Source: an uncultured Acidobacteriota bacterium (GTDB lineage: Bacteria > Acidobacteriota > Thermoanaerobaculia > UBA5066 > Gp7-AA6). Taken from it: DNA of 64,000 bases. Shown here piece after piece: positions 1 through 10,345 of this stretch. The stretch's first letter is position 1. Each line of letters opens with the position of its first letter. The notes below the pieces were generated by a model, which saw only the letters and a program-made list of their open reading frames with translations, was not told where the DNA came from and made no database searches. The position numbers and the translations under genes are program-made. The DNA lies in NCBI GenBank assembly GCA_963843325.1, contig CAWJKC010000016.1, positions 638,319 through 702,318 of the forward strand, given 5' to 3'.

Positions 1-947
1 TGCAGGCCCACGCGCAGTACGGCGGCGTCGTTCCGGAGGTCGCCGCGCGCGCGCACCTCGAAAACCTGCCCGTGGTGCTCGAGGACGCCCTCGGCAAGGC
101 CGGCGTCGCCCTCGAGGACGTGGGCCTCGTCGCGGCCACGGCGGGGCCGGGGTTGATCGGCGCGCTGCTCGTCGGGCTCTCGGCCGGCAAGGCGCTCGCC
201 TTCGCGCGCGGCATTCCGCTCGTCGGCGTGAACCATCTCGAGGGACACCTCTTCTCGGCCTTCCTGCGCGGAGGCGGCGAGGCGCCGCTGCCGGTGGCGT
301 ATCCCTTCCACGGCCTCGTCGTTTCGGGCGGCCACGCCGAGCTCGTCCGCGTCGAGGACGGGGGGATCGTTCCCATCGCCCGCACGCGCGACGACGCGCC
401 CGGCGAAGCGTTCGACAAGATCGCCCGCCGCGCCGGGCTCGGTTACCCCGGGGGACCGATCGTCGACCGCATCGCCGCCCGCGGACGGGCGGACCGCCAT
501 CCCTTCGCCATCGGGCGCGTCCACGACGGCTCGCGCGACTTCTCGTTTTCGGGCCTGAAGACCGCGATGCTGCGCGAGCTCGAGAAGCGCGGGATCGACG
601 GCTCGCCGCTCGACCCGGAGACCCTCGCGCCCGAGCTCGTCGACCTGCTGGCGTCCTTCCAGCACGCGATCGTGGCCGCCCTGCTCGACCGCGTCGAGTC
701 GGTCCACCGCGACGAGGGGATGGCGGCGATCGCGCTGTCGGGGGGCGTGGCCGCCAACTCGGAGCTGCGCGCCGCGCTCTCGGCCTGGGGGTCGCGGCAG
801 CGCGTCCCGGTCCTGCTGCCCGAGCGGGCCTTCACGACCGACAACGCCGCCATGATCGCCTGGGCGGGCCTCCTGCGCTTCCGGCGGGAGGGGCCGCGGG
901 ACCCCGCCCTGGCCCCGGCGCGGTCGCGGTGGCCCCTGGGGACCTGA
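1..947 (+). CDS. tsaD: tRNA N6-adenosine threonylcarbamoyltransferase TsaD (5' end outside window)
   Basis: Frame is open from base 1 (..[30 protein letters not shown]..). Contains NHLEGH metal-binding motif, GLIGALLVG and GGVAAN segments typical of Kae1/Gcp/TsaD family. Stop at 947. Confidence 0.9.
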   Translation, partial: QAHAQYGGVVPEVAARAHLENLPVVLEDALGKAGVALEDVGLVAATAGPGLIGALLVGLSAGKALAFARGIPLVGVNHLEGHLFSAFLRGGGEAPLPVAYPFHGLVVSGGHAELVRVEDGGIVPIARTRDDAPGEAFDKIARRAGLGYPGGPIVDRIAARGRADRHPFAIGRVHDGSRDFSFSGLKTAMLRELEKRGIDGSPLDPETLAPELVDLLASFQHAIVAALLDRVESVHRDEGMAAIALSGGVAANSELRAALSAWGSRQRVPVLLPERAFTTDNAAMIAWAGLLRFRREGPRDPALAPARSRWPLGT

Positions 948-979
948 GGCCCGAAACCTGTATTATTCGCCGTTCTCCG

Positions 980-2779
980 ATGACCGACCCGCGCTTCATC
1001 CGCAACTTCTCGATCGTGGCCCACATCGACCACGGCAAGACCACGCTGTCGGACCGCATCCTCCAGCGCTGCAACGCCGTGACCGCGCGCGAGATGCACG
1101 AGCAGATGCTCGACGACATGGACCTCGAGAAGGAGCGCGGCATCACGATCAAGGCGCGGGCCGTCACGCTCAACTACACGGCGCGGGACGGCCAGCAGTA
1201 CGTCCTGAACCTGATCGACACCCCCGGCCACGTCGACTTCTCCTACGAGGTCTCGCGCTCGCTCGCCGCCTGCGAGGGCGCGGTCCTCGTCGTCGACGCG
1301 ACGCAGGGCGTCGAGGCGCAGACGCTCGCCAACGCCTACCTCGCCACGCACCACAACCTCGTCATCGTGCCGGTCATCAACAAGATCGACCTGCCCTCGG
1401 CCGAGCCCGAGAAGGCGCGCGAGCAGATCGAGCAGGTCGTCGGGATCCCGGCCGACGACGCCGTCCTGACCTCGGCCAAGATGGGCATCGGGATCGAGGA
1501 CCTGATCGAGCGCATCGTCCGCGACATCCCGCCCCCGAAGGGGGACCCGGACGCCCCGCTCAAGGCGCTGCTCTTCGACTCCTGGTACGACCCCTACCGC
1601 GGCGTGACGTCGCTCGTGCGCATCATCGACGGCAAGCTCGAGCCGCGCATGAAGATCCGCGCGATGGGCACGGGCCTGGAGACCGACGTCGAGGCGCTCG
1701 GCGTCTTCCGTCCGCAGTCCGAAGAAGTCCCGTCGCTTTCGGTCGGCGAGGTCGGCTCGCTCTGGGGCAACATCAAGGACCTGCACTCGACGCGCATCGG
1801 CGACACGATCACCGAGGTCCGCCGCCCCACGGCCGAGCCGCTCGAGGGCTTCGCCGAGGCCAAGCCGATGGTCTTCGCCGGCCTCTTTCCGACCGACGCC
1901 GACGAGTACGCCAACCTGCGCGACGCGATGGAGAAGCTGCGCCTGAACGACGCCTCGTTCACGTTCGAGCCCGAGAACTCGACCGCGCTCGGGTTCGGGT
2001 TCCGCTGCGGCTTCCTGGGCCTCCTCCACATGGAGATCATCCAGGAGCGCCTCGAGCGCGAGTTCGACCTCGACCTCATCACGACGGCGCCCGGCGTGAA
2101 CTATCGGGTCACGACGATGAAGGGCGAGGTCCTCGAGATCGTGAATCCGAACCACCTCCCCGCGCCCAACTACGTCGCGCGGATCGAGGAGCCCTACATC
2201 ACCGCGACGATCATCACGCGCGACGACTTCCTCGGCGGCCTGCTGAAGCTCTGCGAGGATCGGCACGGGACGCAGAAGTCGCTCGAGTACCTGGCGGCCA
2301 ACCGCGTGGTCCTGACCTACGACTTTCCCTTGAACGAAGTCGTCATGGACTTCTACGACAAGCTGAAGTCGATCTCGAAGGGCTACGCCTCGTTCGACTA
2401 CGAGTTCTCGGGCTACCGCGAGGGCGACCTCATCAAGCTCGACCTGCTCGTCAACGGGGACCCCGTCGACGCCCTCTCGCTGATCGTCCACCGCGACGTC
2501 GCGGCGATCAAGGGCCGGTTCCTGACCGCAAAGATGAAAGAAATCATCCCCCGGCAGATGTTCGAGGTGGTGATCCAGGCCGCGATCGGGGCGAAGATCA
2601 TCGCCCGCGAGCAGGTCTCGGCGATCCGCAAGAACGTGCTCGCCAAGTGCTACGGCGGCGACATCACGCGCAAGAGAAAGCTGCTGGAAAAACAGAAGGA
2701 GGGCAAGAAGCGCATGAAGCGGGTGGGCCGCGTGGACATCCCGCAGGAAGCGTTTCTCGCCGTGTTGAAAGTCGAATGA
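980..2779 (+). CDS. lepA: translation elongation factor 4 (LepA)
   Basis: [31 protein letters not shown]-binding N-terminus, ~600 aa, LepA-specific C-terminal domain. No frame breaks. Confidence 0.95.
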   Translation: MTDPRFIRNFSIVAHIDHGKTTLSDRILQRCNAVTAREMHEQMLDDMDLEKERGITIKARAVTLNYTARDGQQYVLNLIDTPGHVDFSYEVSRSLAACEGAVLVVDATQGVEAQTLANAYLATHHNLVIVPVINKIDLPSAEPEKAREQIEQVVGIPADDAVLTSAKMGIGIEDLIERIVRDIPPPKGDPDAPLKALLFDSWYDPYRGVTSLVRIIDGKLEPRMKIRAMGTGLETDVEALGVFRPQSEEVPSLSVGEVGSLWGNIKDLHSTRIGDTITEVRRPTAEPLEGFAEAKPMVFAGLFPTDADEYANLRDAMEKLRLNDASFTFEPENSTALGFGFRCGFLGLLHMEIIQERLEREFDLDLITTAPGVNYRVTTMKGEVLEIVNPNHLPAPNYVARIEEPYITATIITRDDFLGGLLKLCEDRHGTQKSLEYLAANRVVLTYDFPLNEVVMDFYDKLKSISKGYASFDYEFSGYREGDLIKLDLLVNGDPVDALSLIVHRDVAAIKGRFLTAKMKEIIPRQMFEVVIQAAIGAKIIAREQVSAIRKNVLAKCYGGDITRKRKLLEKQKEGKKRMKRVGRVDIPQEAFLAVLKVE

Positions 2780-3508
2780 ACGACCTGAACGCCGCCGCCG
2801 AGGCCCCCCGCACCCAGTCGACCGCGCGCGAATGGTACGAGTCCCTGCTGGTCGCGGGGATCTTCGTGCTCTTCGTGCGGACCTTCATCGTGCAGACCTA
2901 CCAGGTCCCGACCGGCTCGATGGAGCGGACGATCCTGGTGGGCGATCACCTGCTCGTCAACAAGTTCGCCTTCGCGCCGCGCCTCCCGGCGCTCGCGCGC
3001 CTGCTGCCCTATCGGGACGTGAAGGTGGGCGACATCGTCGTCTTCAAGAAGCCCGGCGACGACATGAACCCCGGCAACGTCCTCGTCAAGCGGGCCGTCG
3101 CGCAGGGCGGCGACACGGTCGCCGTCCGCAACAAGCAGCTCTACGTCAACGACAAGCCCGAGGAGCGCACCTCGATCCAGCACATCGACCCCGAGACCTA
3201 CTCCGGACAACCCCGCGATCCCGGACATGGCCCGGCGCCGCGACCAGTTCGGACCGTTCCCGGTTCCGCAGAACGCGTTCTTCGGGATGGGCGACAACCG
3301 CGACAACTCGCTCGACAGCCGGTACTGGGGCGCGATCCCCCGCCAGAACATCTTCGGCCGCCCCGTCGTCCTCTACTGGTCCTACGAGGCCGAGCCGAAC
3401 TCGCACATCTGGCGGGGCCCCGTCGCGAAGATCCGCCAGCTCGCGGACGTCGCCGTCCACTTCTTCTCGCGGACACGATGGGACCGGATGTTCACGGTCG
3501 TGAAGTAA
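2776..3508 (+). CDS. lepB: signal peptidase I, copy 1 (reading frame broken by a 1-nt indel near 3202)
   Basis: ATG overlaps lepA stop (ATGA). N-terminal TM helix, catalytic Ser box PTGSMERT and VKRAV lysine box in frame 1. C-terminal [14 protein letters not shown] box in the +1 frame (track ORF 3227..3508). Removing one T in TACTCCGGAC restores [16 protein letters not shown], which aligns with copy 2 (WPDDPSIPEDGRRRDQ). Confidence 0.75.
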
Positions 3509-4209
3509 CGACCGCGACGGCGCCCGTCCCGCCGCGGCCGGGACTGCGCGAGCGGGCCGATCCGGTGCTCGCGGCGATCGTCTTCGCGCTCTTCGCGCGG
3601 ACCTTCCTCTTCCAGGCATTCGAGGTCCCGAGCTCCTCGATGGAAAAGAACGTGCTGACGGGCGATCGGCTGCTCGTGAACAAGTTCGTGCTCGCGCCCT
3701 CGACACGATCCCCGCGCTCGCCGCGGCTGATGCCGTCGCGCGGCGTGCGGCGCGGGGACATCGTGGTCTTTCGCTTTCCCGAAGACCCGCGCCGCGACTT
3801 CCTCAAGCGCGTCATCGGCCTTCCCGGCGAGACCGTCGCGATCCGGAACAAGCGCGTCTACGTCGACGGACGGCTGCTCGACGAGCCCTATGCCTTCCAC
3901 GCGGACGACCGCGTCTGGCCCGACGATCCCTCCATTCCCGAGGACGGGCGGCGGCGGGATCAGCTCGCCGCGCGGACGGTCGCGCCCGGCACCTACTTCG
4001 TCATGGGCGACAACCGCGACGACTCGAACGACAGCCGCTACTGGGGCGCCGTCCCCGCGGGTCACATCGAGGGCCGCGCGCTCTTCGTCTACTGGTCGCT
4101 CGTGCCGCGCGGCTCCGACGCGGCCGCGGGCCCGGCCGCCATCCTTCGCCTTCCGCTCGATCTCTTCCGCCGCGCGCGCTGGGACCGACTGTTCCGTCCG
4201 GTGCGCTGA
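3478..4209 (+). CDS. lepB: signal peptidase I, copy 2
   Basis: TM helix VLAAIVFALFA, SSSME serine box, KRVIG lysine box, GDNRDDSNDSRYWG box. ATG at 3478 overlaps end of copy 1; alternative GTG at 3565. Confidence 0.8.
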   Translation: MGPDVHGREVTTATAPVPPRPGLRERADPVLAAIVFALFARTFLFQAFEVPSSSMEKNVLTGDRLLVNKFVLAPSTRSPRSPRLMPSRGVRRGDIVVFRFPEDPRRDFLKRVIGLPGETVAIRNKRVYVDGRLLDEPYAFHADDRVWPDDPSIPEDGRRRDQLAARTVAPGTYFVMGDNRDDSNDSRYWGAVPAGHIEGRALFVYWSLVPRGSDAAAGPAAILRLPLDLFRRARWDRLFRPVR

Positions 4210-4289
4210 GCGCGAATGGATGCGGGCGTCGTGGCCGGACGCGCGAATCGGGTTAGAATCGTCGAAAAACGACTCGGGAGGAAGAACGC

Positions 4290-4664
4290 ATGAACCGGTC
4301 ACGGTCTGTCCGCGGAGCCGCCAACGTCGGGTGCATCGTCTGGCTCGTCATCCTCGGCGTGGTCGGCTACGTCCTCTACAAGGTCGTGCCCGTGAAGATC
4401 GCGACGTCCGAGTTCTACGACGTGATGCAGGAACAGGCGTCCTTCGGCTCCATCAAGGACGTGAAGTTCATCGAGTTCGAGATCCTGCGCAAGGCCCAGG
4501 AGCTGCAGATCCCGGTCACCAAGGACAACCTGAAGGTCACGCGCTCGCGGGAAGCCCTCACGGTCGAGGCGCACTACGAGATCACGATCGACTTCTTCAA
4601 CGGGGCCTACAAGTACGTCTGGAAGTTCGATCCCGTGGTGGTCCGACCGACGTTCGCGGTGTAA
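4290..4664 (+). CDS. hypothetical protein with N-terminal membrane anchor
   Basis: 124-aa ORF with genome-typical GC3 codon usage, hydrophobic N-terminus (IVWLVILGVVGYVLY), GGAGGA-like RBS and TAGAAT -10-like box upstream. No recognised domain. Confidence 0.5.
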   Translation: MNRSRSVRGAANVGCIVWLVILGVVGYVLYKVVPVKIATSEFYDVMQEQASFGSIKDVKFIEFEILRKAQELQIPVTKDNLKVTRSREALTVEAHYEITIDFFNGAYKYVWKFDPVVVRPTFAV

Positions 4665-4683
4665 GGATCGAGCGGGTCGCCGG

Positions 4684-5091
4684 ATGCCCCCGGATCCGGC
4701 GACCCTGTCCATTTCGGCCGTCTCGAAACGGACCGGGATCCCCGTCTCGACGCTGCGCTTCTACGAGCGCGAGCTTTCGAGCCTGTTCCACATCCGCAAG
4801 ACCGCCGGCGGCCACCGCCGCTACGGCGAGTCCGACGTGGATCGGTTCGTCACGGTCCGCCGGCTCACGGAAACCGAGGGGCTCGGCCTCGCCGAGGTCC
4901 GCCGCGCCGTCCTCTCCCGCGGGGAAAACGAAGCGCTGCGCGAACAGGTCGAACGCCTCCTGGAAGCCGAGGCGGCGGCGGCGGGCGCGATGGAGGCCCT
5001 CCTGCGGCGGATCGCCGAGCTCGAGCGGCGCGTGGGCGCGCTCGAGGCCGGCCCGCCGAAGAAGCGCCGCTGGCTCCTGCGGGAACCGTGA
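4684..5091 (+). CDS. MerR family transcriptional regulator
   Basis: N-terminal MerR HTH (ISAVSKRTGIPVSTLRFYERE), coiled-coil C-terminus. Confidence 0.8.
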   Translation: MPPDPATLSISAVSKRTGIPVSTLRFYERELSSLFHIRKTAGGHRRYGESDVDRFVTVRRLTETEGLGLAEVRRAVLSRGENEALREQVERLLEAEAAAAGAMEALLRRIAELERRVGALEAGPPKKRRWLLREP

Positions 5092-5153
5092 GGCGGGGGC
5101 GGAATTTTCCGCCGCTGCGATACGATTTCCGTCGTTCTAAGGAGACATTTCCG

Positions 5154-5735
5154 ATGAAAACCAAGCGTACCCTGCTCAGCCTCGCCTTTCTCGCCGCCGC
5201 TCTGCCGGCGCTGGCCGAGGGGCCCGCGATCGGCGCCACGGCGCCGGTCTTCGACCTGAAGACGATCGACGGCAAGGACTTCTCGCTCGCGGGCGCCGAG
5301 AAGGCCGACAAGCTGGTCGTGCTCATGTTCATCGCCACGGAGTGCCCGTACTCGAACGCCTACAACGACCGCATGCGCGACATGGCGGCCGCCTACGCGG
5401 CCAAGGGCGTGCAGTTCGTGGGGATCAACAGCAACAGCACGGAGAGCGTCGCGGATGCGGTCGCCCACGCGAAGAAGCACGGGCACACGTTCACGATCGT
5501 GAAGGACCCGGGCAACAAGGTCGCCGACCTCTACGACGCGCGGCGGACCCCCGAAGTGTTCGTCGTCGACAAGGACGGCAAGCTCGTGTACCACGGCCGC
5601 ATCGACGAGAACTACGAGGACCCCGCCAAGGTCACCTCGCCGGATCTCAAGAACGCGCTCGACGCGCTGCTCGCGGGCCAGCCCGTCGCCAAGGCCGAGA
5701 CCAAGGCGTTCGGCTGCACGATCAAAAGGGCATGA
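5154..5735 (+). CDS. secreted thioredoxin-fold redoxin (AhpC/TSA-TlpA-like, atypical C-P-Y-S motif)
   Basis: AAGGAG RBS 9 nt upstream of ATG 5154; signal peptide MKTKRTLLSLAFLAAALPALA. Redoxin fold (KLVVLMFIATECPYSNAY), a single Cys in the active-site position. Confidence 0.7.
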   Translation: MKTKRTLLSLAFLAAALPALAEGPAIGATAPVFDLKTIDGKDFSLAGAEKADKLVVLMFIATECPYSNAYNDRMRDMAAAYAAKGVQFVGINSNSTESVADAVAHAKKHGHTFTIVKDPGNKVADLYDARRTPEVFVVDKDGKLVYHGRIDENYEDPAKVTSPDLKNALDALLAGQPVAKAETKAFGCTIKRA

Positions 5736-6252
5736 CCCGGATTCGAGAGAATCACCCGAGGGCGGCTGCGGCCGCCCTCTTGCTTTTCACGCTCGCTGTT
5801 TCGGGCCGCGCCGCGGACGCGACGCTGCTGAAGGGCGAGCTGGACGGCAAGGAGCTTTCCGCGGCCATCGCGAAGCAGAAGGGCCACGTCGTCCTCGTGA
5901 ACTTCTGGGCCACCTGGTGCGTCCCGTGCCGCGAGGAGTTTCCCGACTTCGTCCGGCTCGAGAAGGCGTACCGCGATCGCGGCTTGCGCGTCATCGGCGT
6001 CTCCACCGACCTCGCGAAAGACCTCCCCAAGGTCGAGAAGTTCCTGGCGGCCGCGCCCCCGGACTTTCCCAACTACCGCAAGAAGAGCGGCGGCGACGAC
6101 CAGGACTTCATCGAATCGGTCGACGCGAAGTGGGGCGGCGAGCTTCCCTTCACGGTCCTCTACGGAAAGGACGGCAGGAAGACGCGGGTGCTGTCGGGAA
6201 AGCAGTCGTACGCGGACCTCGAAAAAGCCATCGCGCCGCTGCTTCGAAGTAG
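5732..6252 (+). CDS. TlpA-like thiol:disulfide oxidoreductase (WCVPC); 3' end uncertain
   Basis: ATG overlaps upstream stop. Signal peptide, VVLVNFWATWCVPCREEFPDF thioredoxin motif. The frame has no stop until 6712, running antisense through DoxX. A TAG in the +1 frame at 6250 gives the expected ~173-aa protein, suggesting a 1-nt indel in the last codons. Confidence 0.65.
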
Positions 6253-6253
6253 A

Positions 6254-6718
6254 TCAGGCGGCTTTCCCGCGGGGCGCCTTGCGCCGCCGCCCGTCCAGCC
6301 CCCAGACCTTGCCCGCGTCCGCCGCCAGAAGCGACAGCAGAAGCAGGCAGGCAAACTTCGAGGTCAGGCCCGCCGTGATCCAGTCGTCCCAGGACGCGCC
6401 GGCGGCCGGCCTGGCCGCGCCGAGCACGATGGACAGCATCAGGAGCGCGCCGCCCCCTGCGGCGACCCGCGTCAGCAGGCCCGCCAGGAGTCCGAGGCCG
6501 ACGGCGAGCTCCCCCAGGGCGACCACCCACGCGAAGACCGCGGCATGCGGCACGACCACCGTCTCCAGGAAATGCCGCCAGAACGGGAAGGACCGGGCCG
6601 CGATCTGCGGGACTTCCTTCGCAAATTCACCACTGACGAAGTCGCCGGTGACCTTCGACAGGCCCTCCGCGACGAACAGGACCCCGGTCAGAATCCGGAC
6701 GACGGCGGCTAAACGCAT
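6254..6718 (-). CDS. DoxX family membrane protein
   Basis: MRLAAVVRILTGVLFVAEGLSKV.. DoxX-like 4-TM architecture, 154 aa. Convergent with tlpA-like gene. Confidence 0.7.
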   Translation of the reverse strand: MRLAAVVRILTGVLFVAEGLSKVTGDFVSGEFAKEVPQIAARSFPFWRHFLETVVVPHAAVFAWVVALGELAVGLGLLAGLLTRVAAGGGALLMLSIVLGAARPAAGASWDDWITAGLTSKFACLLLLSLLAADAGKVWGLDGRRRKAPRGKAA

Positions 6719-6935
6719 GCGCGCGATTCTAGCCCGCGTAAACCGGAACAAGTCCCGGCGCGTCCGAGAGATTGGCGCCGGACCGGACAGACCGTCACCC
6801 ACGAGGGACGGCCGGGCCGGCGGTCGGGCCGAAAAGCCCGAACGGCGCCCGCGCCGGCCCGTGGATCGGTTTTTGCTAGAGTCCGCATCGTCGCAACGTC
6901 ACAGCGGGGCGCGAGCCCCTAAGGAGAACCGGGAC

Positions 6936-8309
6936 ATGAAGCTTTCGCGCCTCGCCCTCGCCGCCATCCTTGCCGTCAGCCTCGCGCCGGCCGCCGCCAG
7001 CGCCCAGTCCGCCGCGCCCCGCAACAAGGTCGCGCGGGCTGCAAAGCGCGGTGACGCCGCGACCAAGGCCGCCGCTGCCACCGCGGGCACGACGTTCTCG
7101 GTCGAGGTGCCCTACGTGCGCAGCTACGCCCCTCCCGGAGCCGGGCAGAGCGCCGACCTGGTGCTGAACCAGGCGCACAGCTTCACGGTTTCGCTGGTCG
7201 CCACCGACCAGCACCACAACAACGTCACGGGCGCTGGCGTCGCCCTGCCGCAGACCGACACGTTCGGCTACTTCTCGCTGCCCACCCTGACGAGCAATCC
7301 CAGCAACCCGGAAGTCTTCGTCAAGATCCTCGACGCCATCGCCGTCAACGGCAACTACTGGGTCTTCTACGGTCATCTCACCGACCTGATCTATGACCTG
7401 ACCGTGACGGACAACGTCACCCACAGCTCGAAGACCTACCACAAGGACGCCGGCAACCAGCCCGGCGGCTTCGACACGGGGAGCTTCCCCGGCGCCGCCT
7501 CCACGACGGCCGCGCGCAAGTCCGCACCGGGGGCGCTGCCCGACGCCTACGTCCGGACCTCCGTCGACATCTCCAACAACACGACGGCCGACGGCGTCAA
7601 CGCGGTGATGCAGTACTGCTACGCCGTCAACGACGCCTTCCAGGGCTGCACCAACCAGATCACGGTCTCGCTCGGTCACCTCGACAACTTCCACTCCGAC
7701 GACATCGTCGGGTATCTCGCCGGCCAGGGCGCCCTCGCGGCGGGGGCCCAGGACAACTCGCTCGGGACGCTGCTCGTGACGTTCACCAACCTTCCGTCGA
7801 GCGACGGCTGGGAGGGCTCGGTCACGGCGAGCACGTACAACCGGGTGTCGGAGGTCGATCCCCTGCGCGGCACCGTCGGATGCGGGCAGCTCGCGTCGCT
7901 CTTCTTCGACTCCGCGACGACGTCGCTCGTCGGCACGGCGCACGACACCGTGCCGTCGCCGAGCCTCCAGGCCGGTTCGCTCGGCGCCATCCTCGGCATC
8001 CACAACACGGACGCGCTCGGAACGCTGCAGCCCGTGACGGTCGACGTCAACCTCTACGACGCCGGCACCGGGTCGCCCGTCGGCAACCAGGTCACGCTGT
8101 CGGACGTCCAGCCCGGCGAGCTGCGTCTGATCAACGACCTCTTCGCGCAGGCGGGGGTGCCGACCAACGTCACCTCGGTCCTCGTGTTCGCCGATACGCG
8201 CAACACGTCGCCGAACGCGCCGACGATCGAGGGGTTCGTCCTGACGCAGGACACCGACACCGGCGATACCCGCTTCAACGACCTCCACTGCTCCGCAGGA
8301 TGTTTCTAA
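6936..8309 (+). CDS. hypothetical secreted protein (457 aa, Thr/Asn/Gly-rich)
   Basis: AAGGAGA RBS 9 nt upstream of the ATG. Signal peptide MKLSRLALAAILAVSLAPAAASA. No recognised catalytic motifs. C-terminal HCSAGCF. Confidence 0.6.
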   Translation: MKLSRLALAAILAVSLAPAAASAQSAAPRNKVARAAKRGDAATKAAAATAGTTFSVEVPYVRSYAPPGAGQSADLVLNQAHSFTVSLVATDQHHNNVTGAGVALPQTDTFGYFSLPTLTSNPSNPEVFVKILDAIAVNGNYWVFYGHLTDLIYDLTVTDNVTHSSKTYHKDAGNQPGGFDTGSFPGAASTTAARKSAPGALPDAYVRTSVDISNNTTADGVNAVMQYCYAVNDAFQGCTNQITVSLGHLDNFHSDDIVGYLAGQGALAAGAQDNSLGTLLVTFTNLPSSDGWEGSVTASTYNRVSEVDPLRGTVGCGQLASLFFDSATTSLVGTAHDTVPSPSLQAGSLGAILGIHNTDALGTLQPVTVDVNLYDAGTGSPVGNQVTLSDVQPGELRLINDLFAQAGVPTNVTSVLVFADTRNTSPNAPTIEGFVLTQDTDTGDTRFNDLHCSAGCF

Positions 8310-8312
8310 CCG

Positions 8313-8450
8313 TCGCCTTCGCTGCGCTCCGGCTCCCGCCGCGTGACGCTCTCGCTCGGTTCTCGCGGAGACTCGTCGCGCGGCGAGCTGATGCCCCAGT
8401 GAGGCTCGGAGAAGCGTCGCGCGGGCGGGAGCGCGGAGCGAAGCGAAGCC
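8313..8450. repeat. long imperfect inverted repeat between convergent genes
   Basis: Arm GCCTTCGCTGCGCTCCGGCTCCCGCCGCG (about 8313-8341) is near-complementary to CGCGGGCGGGAGCGCGGAGCGAAGCGAAGGC-like arm (about 8419-8450). The ~75-nt spacer contains further short palindromes. It lies between the 3' ends of the secreted-protein gene and purD. Confidence 0.4.
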
Positions 8451-8456
8451 GACGGT

Positions 8457-9740
8457 CTAGATTCTGCTGGGTCTGACGCCGCCGGCGGCGATGTCGCGGC
8501 GCATGTGCTTGCCTTCGAACTGGATCCGGTCGGCCGCCTCGTAGGCGCGCATCGCCGCTTCGGTCATCGAGGACGCCGTCGCCGTGACGACGAGGACGCG
8601 GCCCCCGGCGGTGACCAGGCGGTCGCCGTCGCGCGCGGTGCCGGCGTGAAAGACCTCGACGCCCGTCATCCGCGCCGCGTCGGCCAGGCCCGTGATCGGC
8701 CGGCCGCGCTCGTGGTTGCCCGGGTAACCGCCGGCGCACAGCACCACGCCGACGCAGGCTTCGTTCTTGACCTCGAGCGGCAGGAAGCGCGAGAGGCCTC
8801 CTTTGGCCGTGGCCATCAGGACGTCCGCCATGTCGGACGTGACGCGCGGCAGGATGACCTCCGTCTCCGGGTCGCCGAAGCGCGCGTTGTACTCGAGGAC
8901 CTTCGGGCCCGACTCGGTGAGCATCAGCCCGGCGTAGAGCACGCCGCGGAAGGAGCGTCCCTCGGCCTGGAGGCCGCGCAGCGTCGGCCAGAGGATGTCC
9001 TTCAGGACCTGCGAGGCGGTCTCGGCGTTCAGGACGCCCGCCGGCGAGTGCGCGCCCATGCCGCCGGTGTTCGGGCCGCGGTCGCCGTCGTAGACCTTCT
9101 TGTAGTCGCGCGCCGTCGGCAGCGGAACGGCCACCTCGCCGTCGAAGAGGGCGAGGAACGAGGACTCCTGTCCGCGCAGGAACTCCTCGACGATGATCCG
9201 GTCGCCCGCGGCGCCGAAGACGCGCTCCTGGAAGAACAGGCGCAGCGCCCGCTCGGCGTCCTCGTCGCTCTCGATGATGAGCACGCCCTTGCCGCCGGCC
9301 AGGCCGTCCGCCTTGAGCACGACCGGGAAGCCGTACTTCTTGATGGCCTTGCGCGCCTCCTCGGCGGTCTGGCACACGCTGGCCTCGGCGGTCGGGATGT
9401 TGTGGCGCCGGAAGAATTCCTTGGAGAACACCTTCGACGACTCGATCTGCGCCGCCAGGCGCGTCGGCCCGAAGATCGGCAGGCCGCGCTTGACGAACTC
9501 GTCGGCGATTCCGAGCGAGAGCGGCAGTTCCGGCCCGACGACCGTCAGGTCCACGTGGAGGGTCTCGGCCAGATCCGCGATCTCGACGATGTCGCCCGGA
9601 GACACAGGCAGGCAGTCGGCGACCTCGGCGATGCCGGGGTTGCCCGGCGCGCAGAAGATCTCCTCGACGAGGGGGCTTCGGTGCAGCGACGAGCACAGGG
9701 CATGCTCGCGCCCTCCCCCGCCCACGACGAGAATCTTCAT
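8457..9740 (-). CDS. purD: phosphoribosylamine--glycine ligase
   Basis: MKILVVGGGGREHAL N-terminus, ATP-grasp fold, 427 aa, no frame breaks. Confidence 0.95.
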   Translation of the reverse strand: MKILVVGGGGREHALCSSLHRSPLVEEIFCAPGNPGIAEVADCLPVSPGDIVEIADLAETLHVDLTVVGPELPLSLGIADEFVKRGLPIFGPTRLAAQIESSKVFSKEFFRRHNIPTAEASVCQTAEEARKAIKKYGFPVVLKADGLAGGKGVLIIESDEDAERALRLFFQERVFGAAGDRIIVEEFLRGQESSFLALFDGEVAVPLPTARDYKKVYDGDRGPNTGGMGAHSPAGVLNAETASQVLKDILWPTLRGLQAEGRSFRGVLYAGLMLTESGPKVLEYNARFGDPETEVILPRVTSDMADVLMATAKGGLSRFLPLEVKNEACVGVVLCAGGYPGNHERGRPITGLADAARMTGVEVFHAGTARDGDRLVTAGGRVLVVTATASSMTEAAMRAYEAADRIQFEGKHMRRDIAAGGVRPSRI

Positions 9741-9789
9741 GCACGCGCATTCTATCGGGATCGACGCGGACTTTCAGCTGCGCGCGCGG

Positions 9790-10188
9790 TCAGGCCGGCG
9801 GCTTCGGACGGCGGCGCGACGTCTTGCGCCGCACCTTCTGCTCCGACTCCTCCGACGCGCCTTTCGGCGTGATCGGGAAGACCTCGAGGCGGTCGTGACG
9901 GCCGGGAAGCGAGATGAGCGTCTCGAGCGATCCGTGGGGCGCGAGCTCGAGACCGAATCGGCCCCGCGCCCGGGTGTGCCGGCCGCCGCCGACCGCGCGG
10001 GCTTCGAAGGCGAGCGCCCTGCCCGACCAGGTCCTGCTGCCGAGGTTGTCCGCCCGCACGCGGCAGACCGTGACCTGGTCGCTCGAGCTGTACGGGTCCC
10101 GGAAGATCGTGAGGCGCACCTCGACCCAGGGCGAATCGGGCGGATCGGCCGTCAGCAGGAGAAGGGAGAAAGCGAGAATCGGGATCAT
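9790..10188 (-). CDS. small hypothetical secreted protein
   Basis: ATG at 10188 preceded by AAAGGAG RBS. Signal peptide MIPILAFSLLLLTA; 132 aa, Arg/Lys-rich tail. Immediately upstream of purD on the same strand. Confidence 0.5.
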   Translation of the reverse strand: MIPILAFSLLLLTADPPDSPWVEVRLTIFRDPYSSSDQVTVCRVRADNLGSRTWSGRALAFEARAVGGGRHTRARGRFGLELAPHGSLETLISLPGRHDRLEVFPITPKGASEESEQKVRRKTSRRRPKPPA

Positions 10189-10345
10189 TTCCGGCTCCTT
10201 TCGTGAAAAGGAGCCGACGGGAACGCCCGACCCGGGAGGACCCTCGAATTCTAGACCTTTCGGTTCCCGGGCGTTGACACTTTCGGCCGCCGGGGTTACC
10301 GTCCCCTGCAGATCTTTGAGCCGTCCGGACCGCCGACGCGTTCCG

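Noticed and set aside
443-2491. 682-aa ORF antisense to lepA
   Set aside because: Arg/Asp/Gly-rich low-complexity translation typical of the reverse strand of a high-GC gene. The opposite strand encodes a perfectly conserved LepA.
5342-6712. 456-aa + ORF
   Set aside because: Only the segment from ATG 5732 to about 6252 has protein-like sequence (TlpA). The upstream part is an alternate frame of the redoxin gene. The downstream part runs antisense through DoxX.
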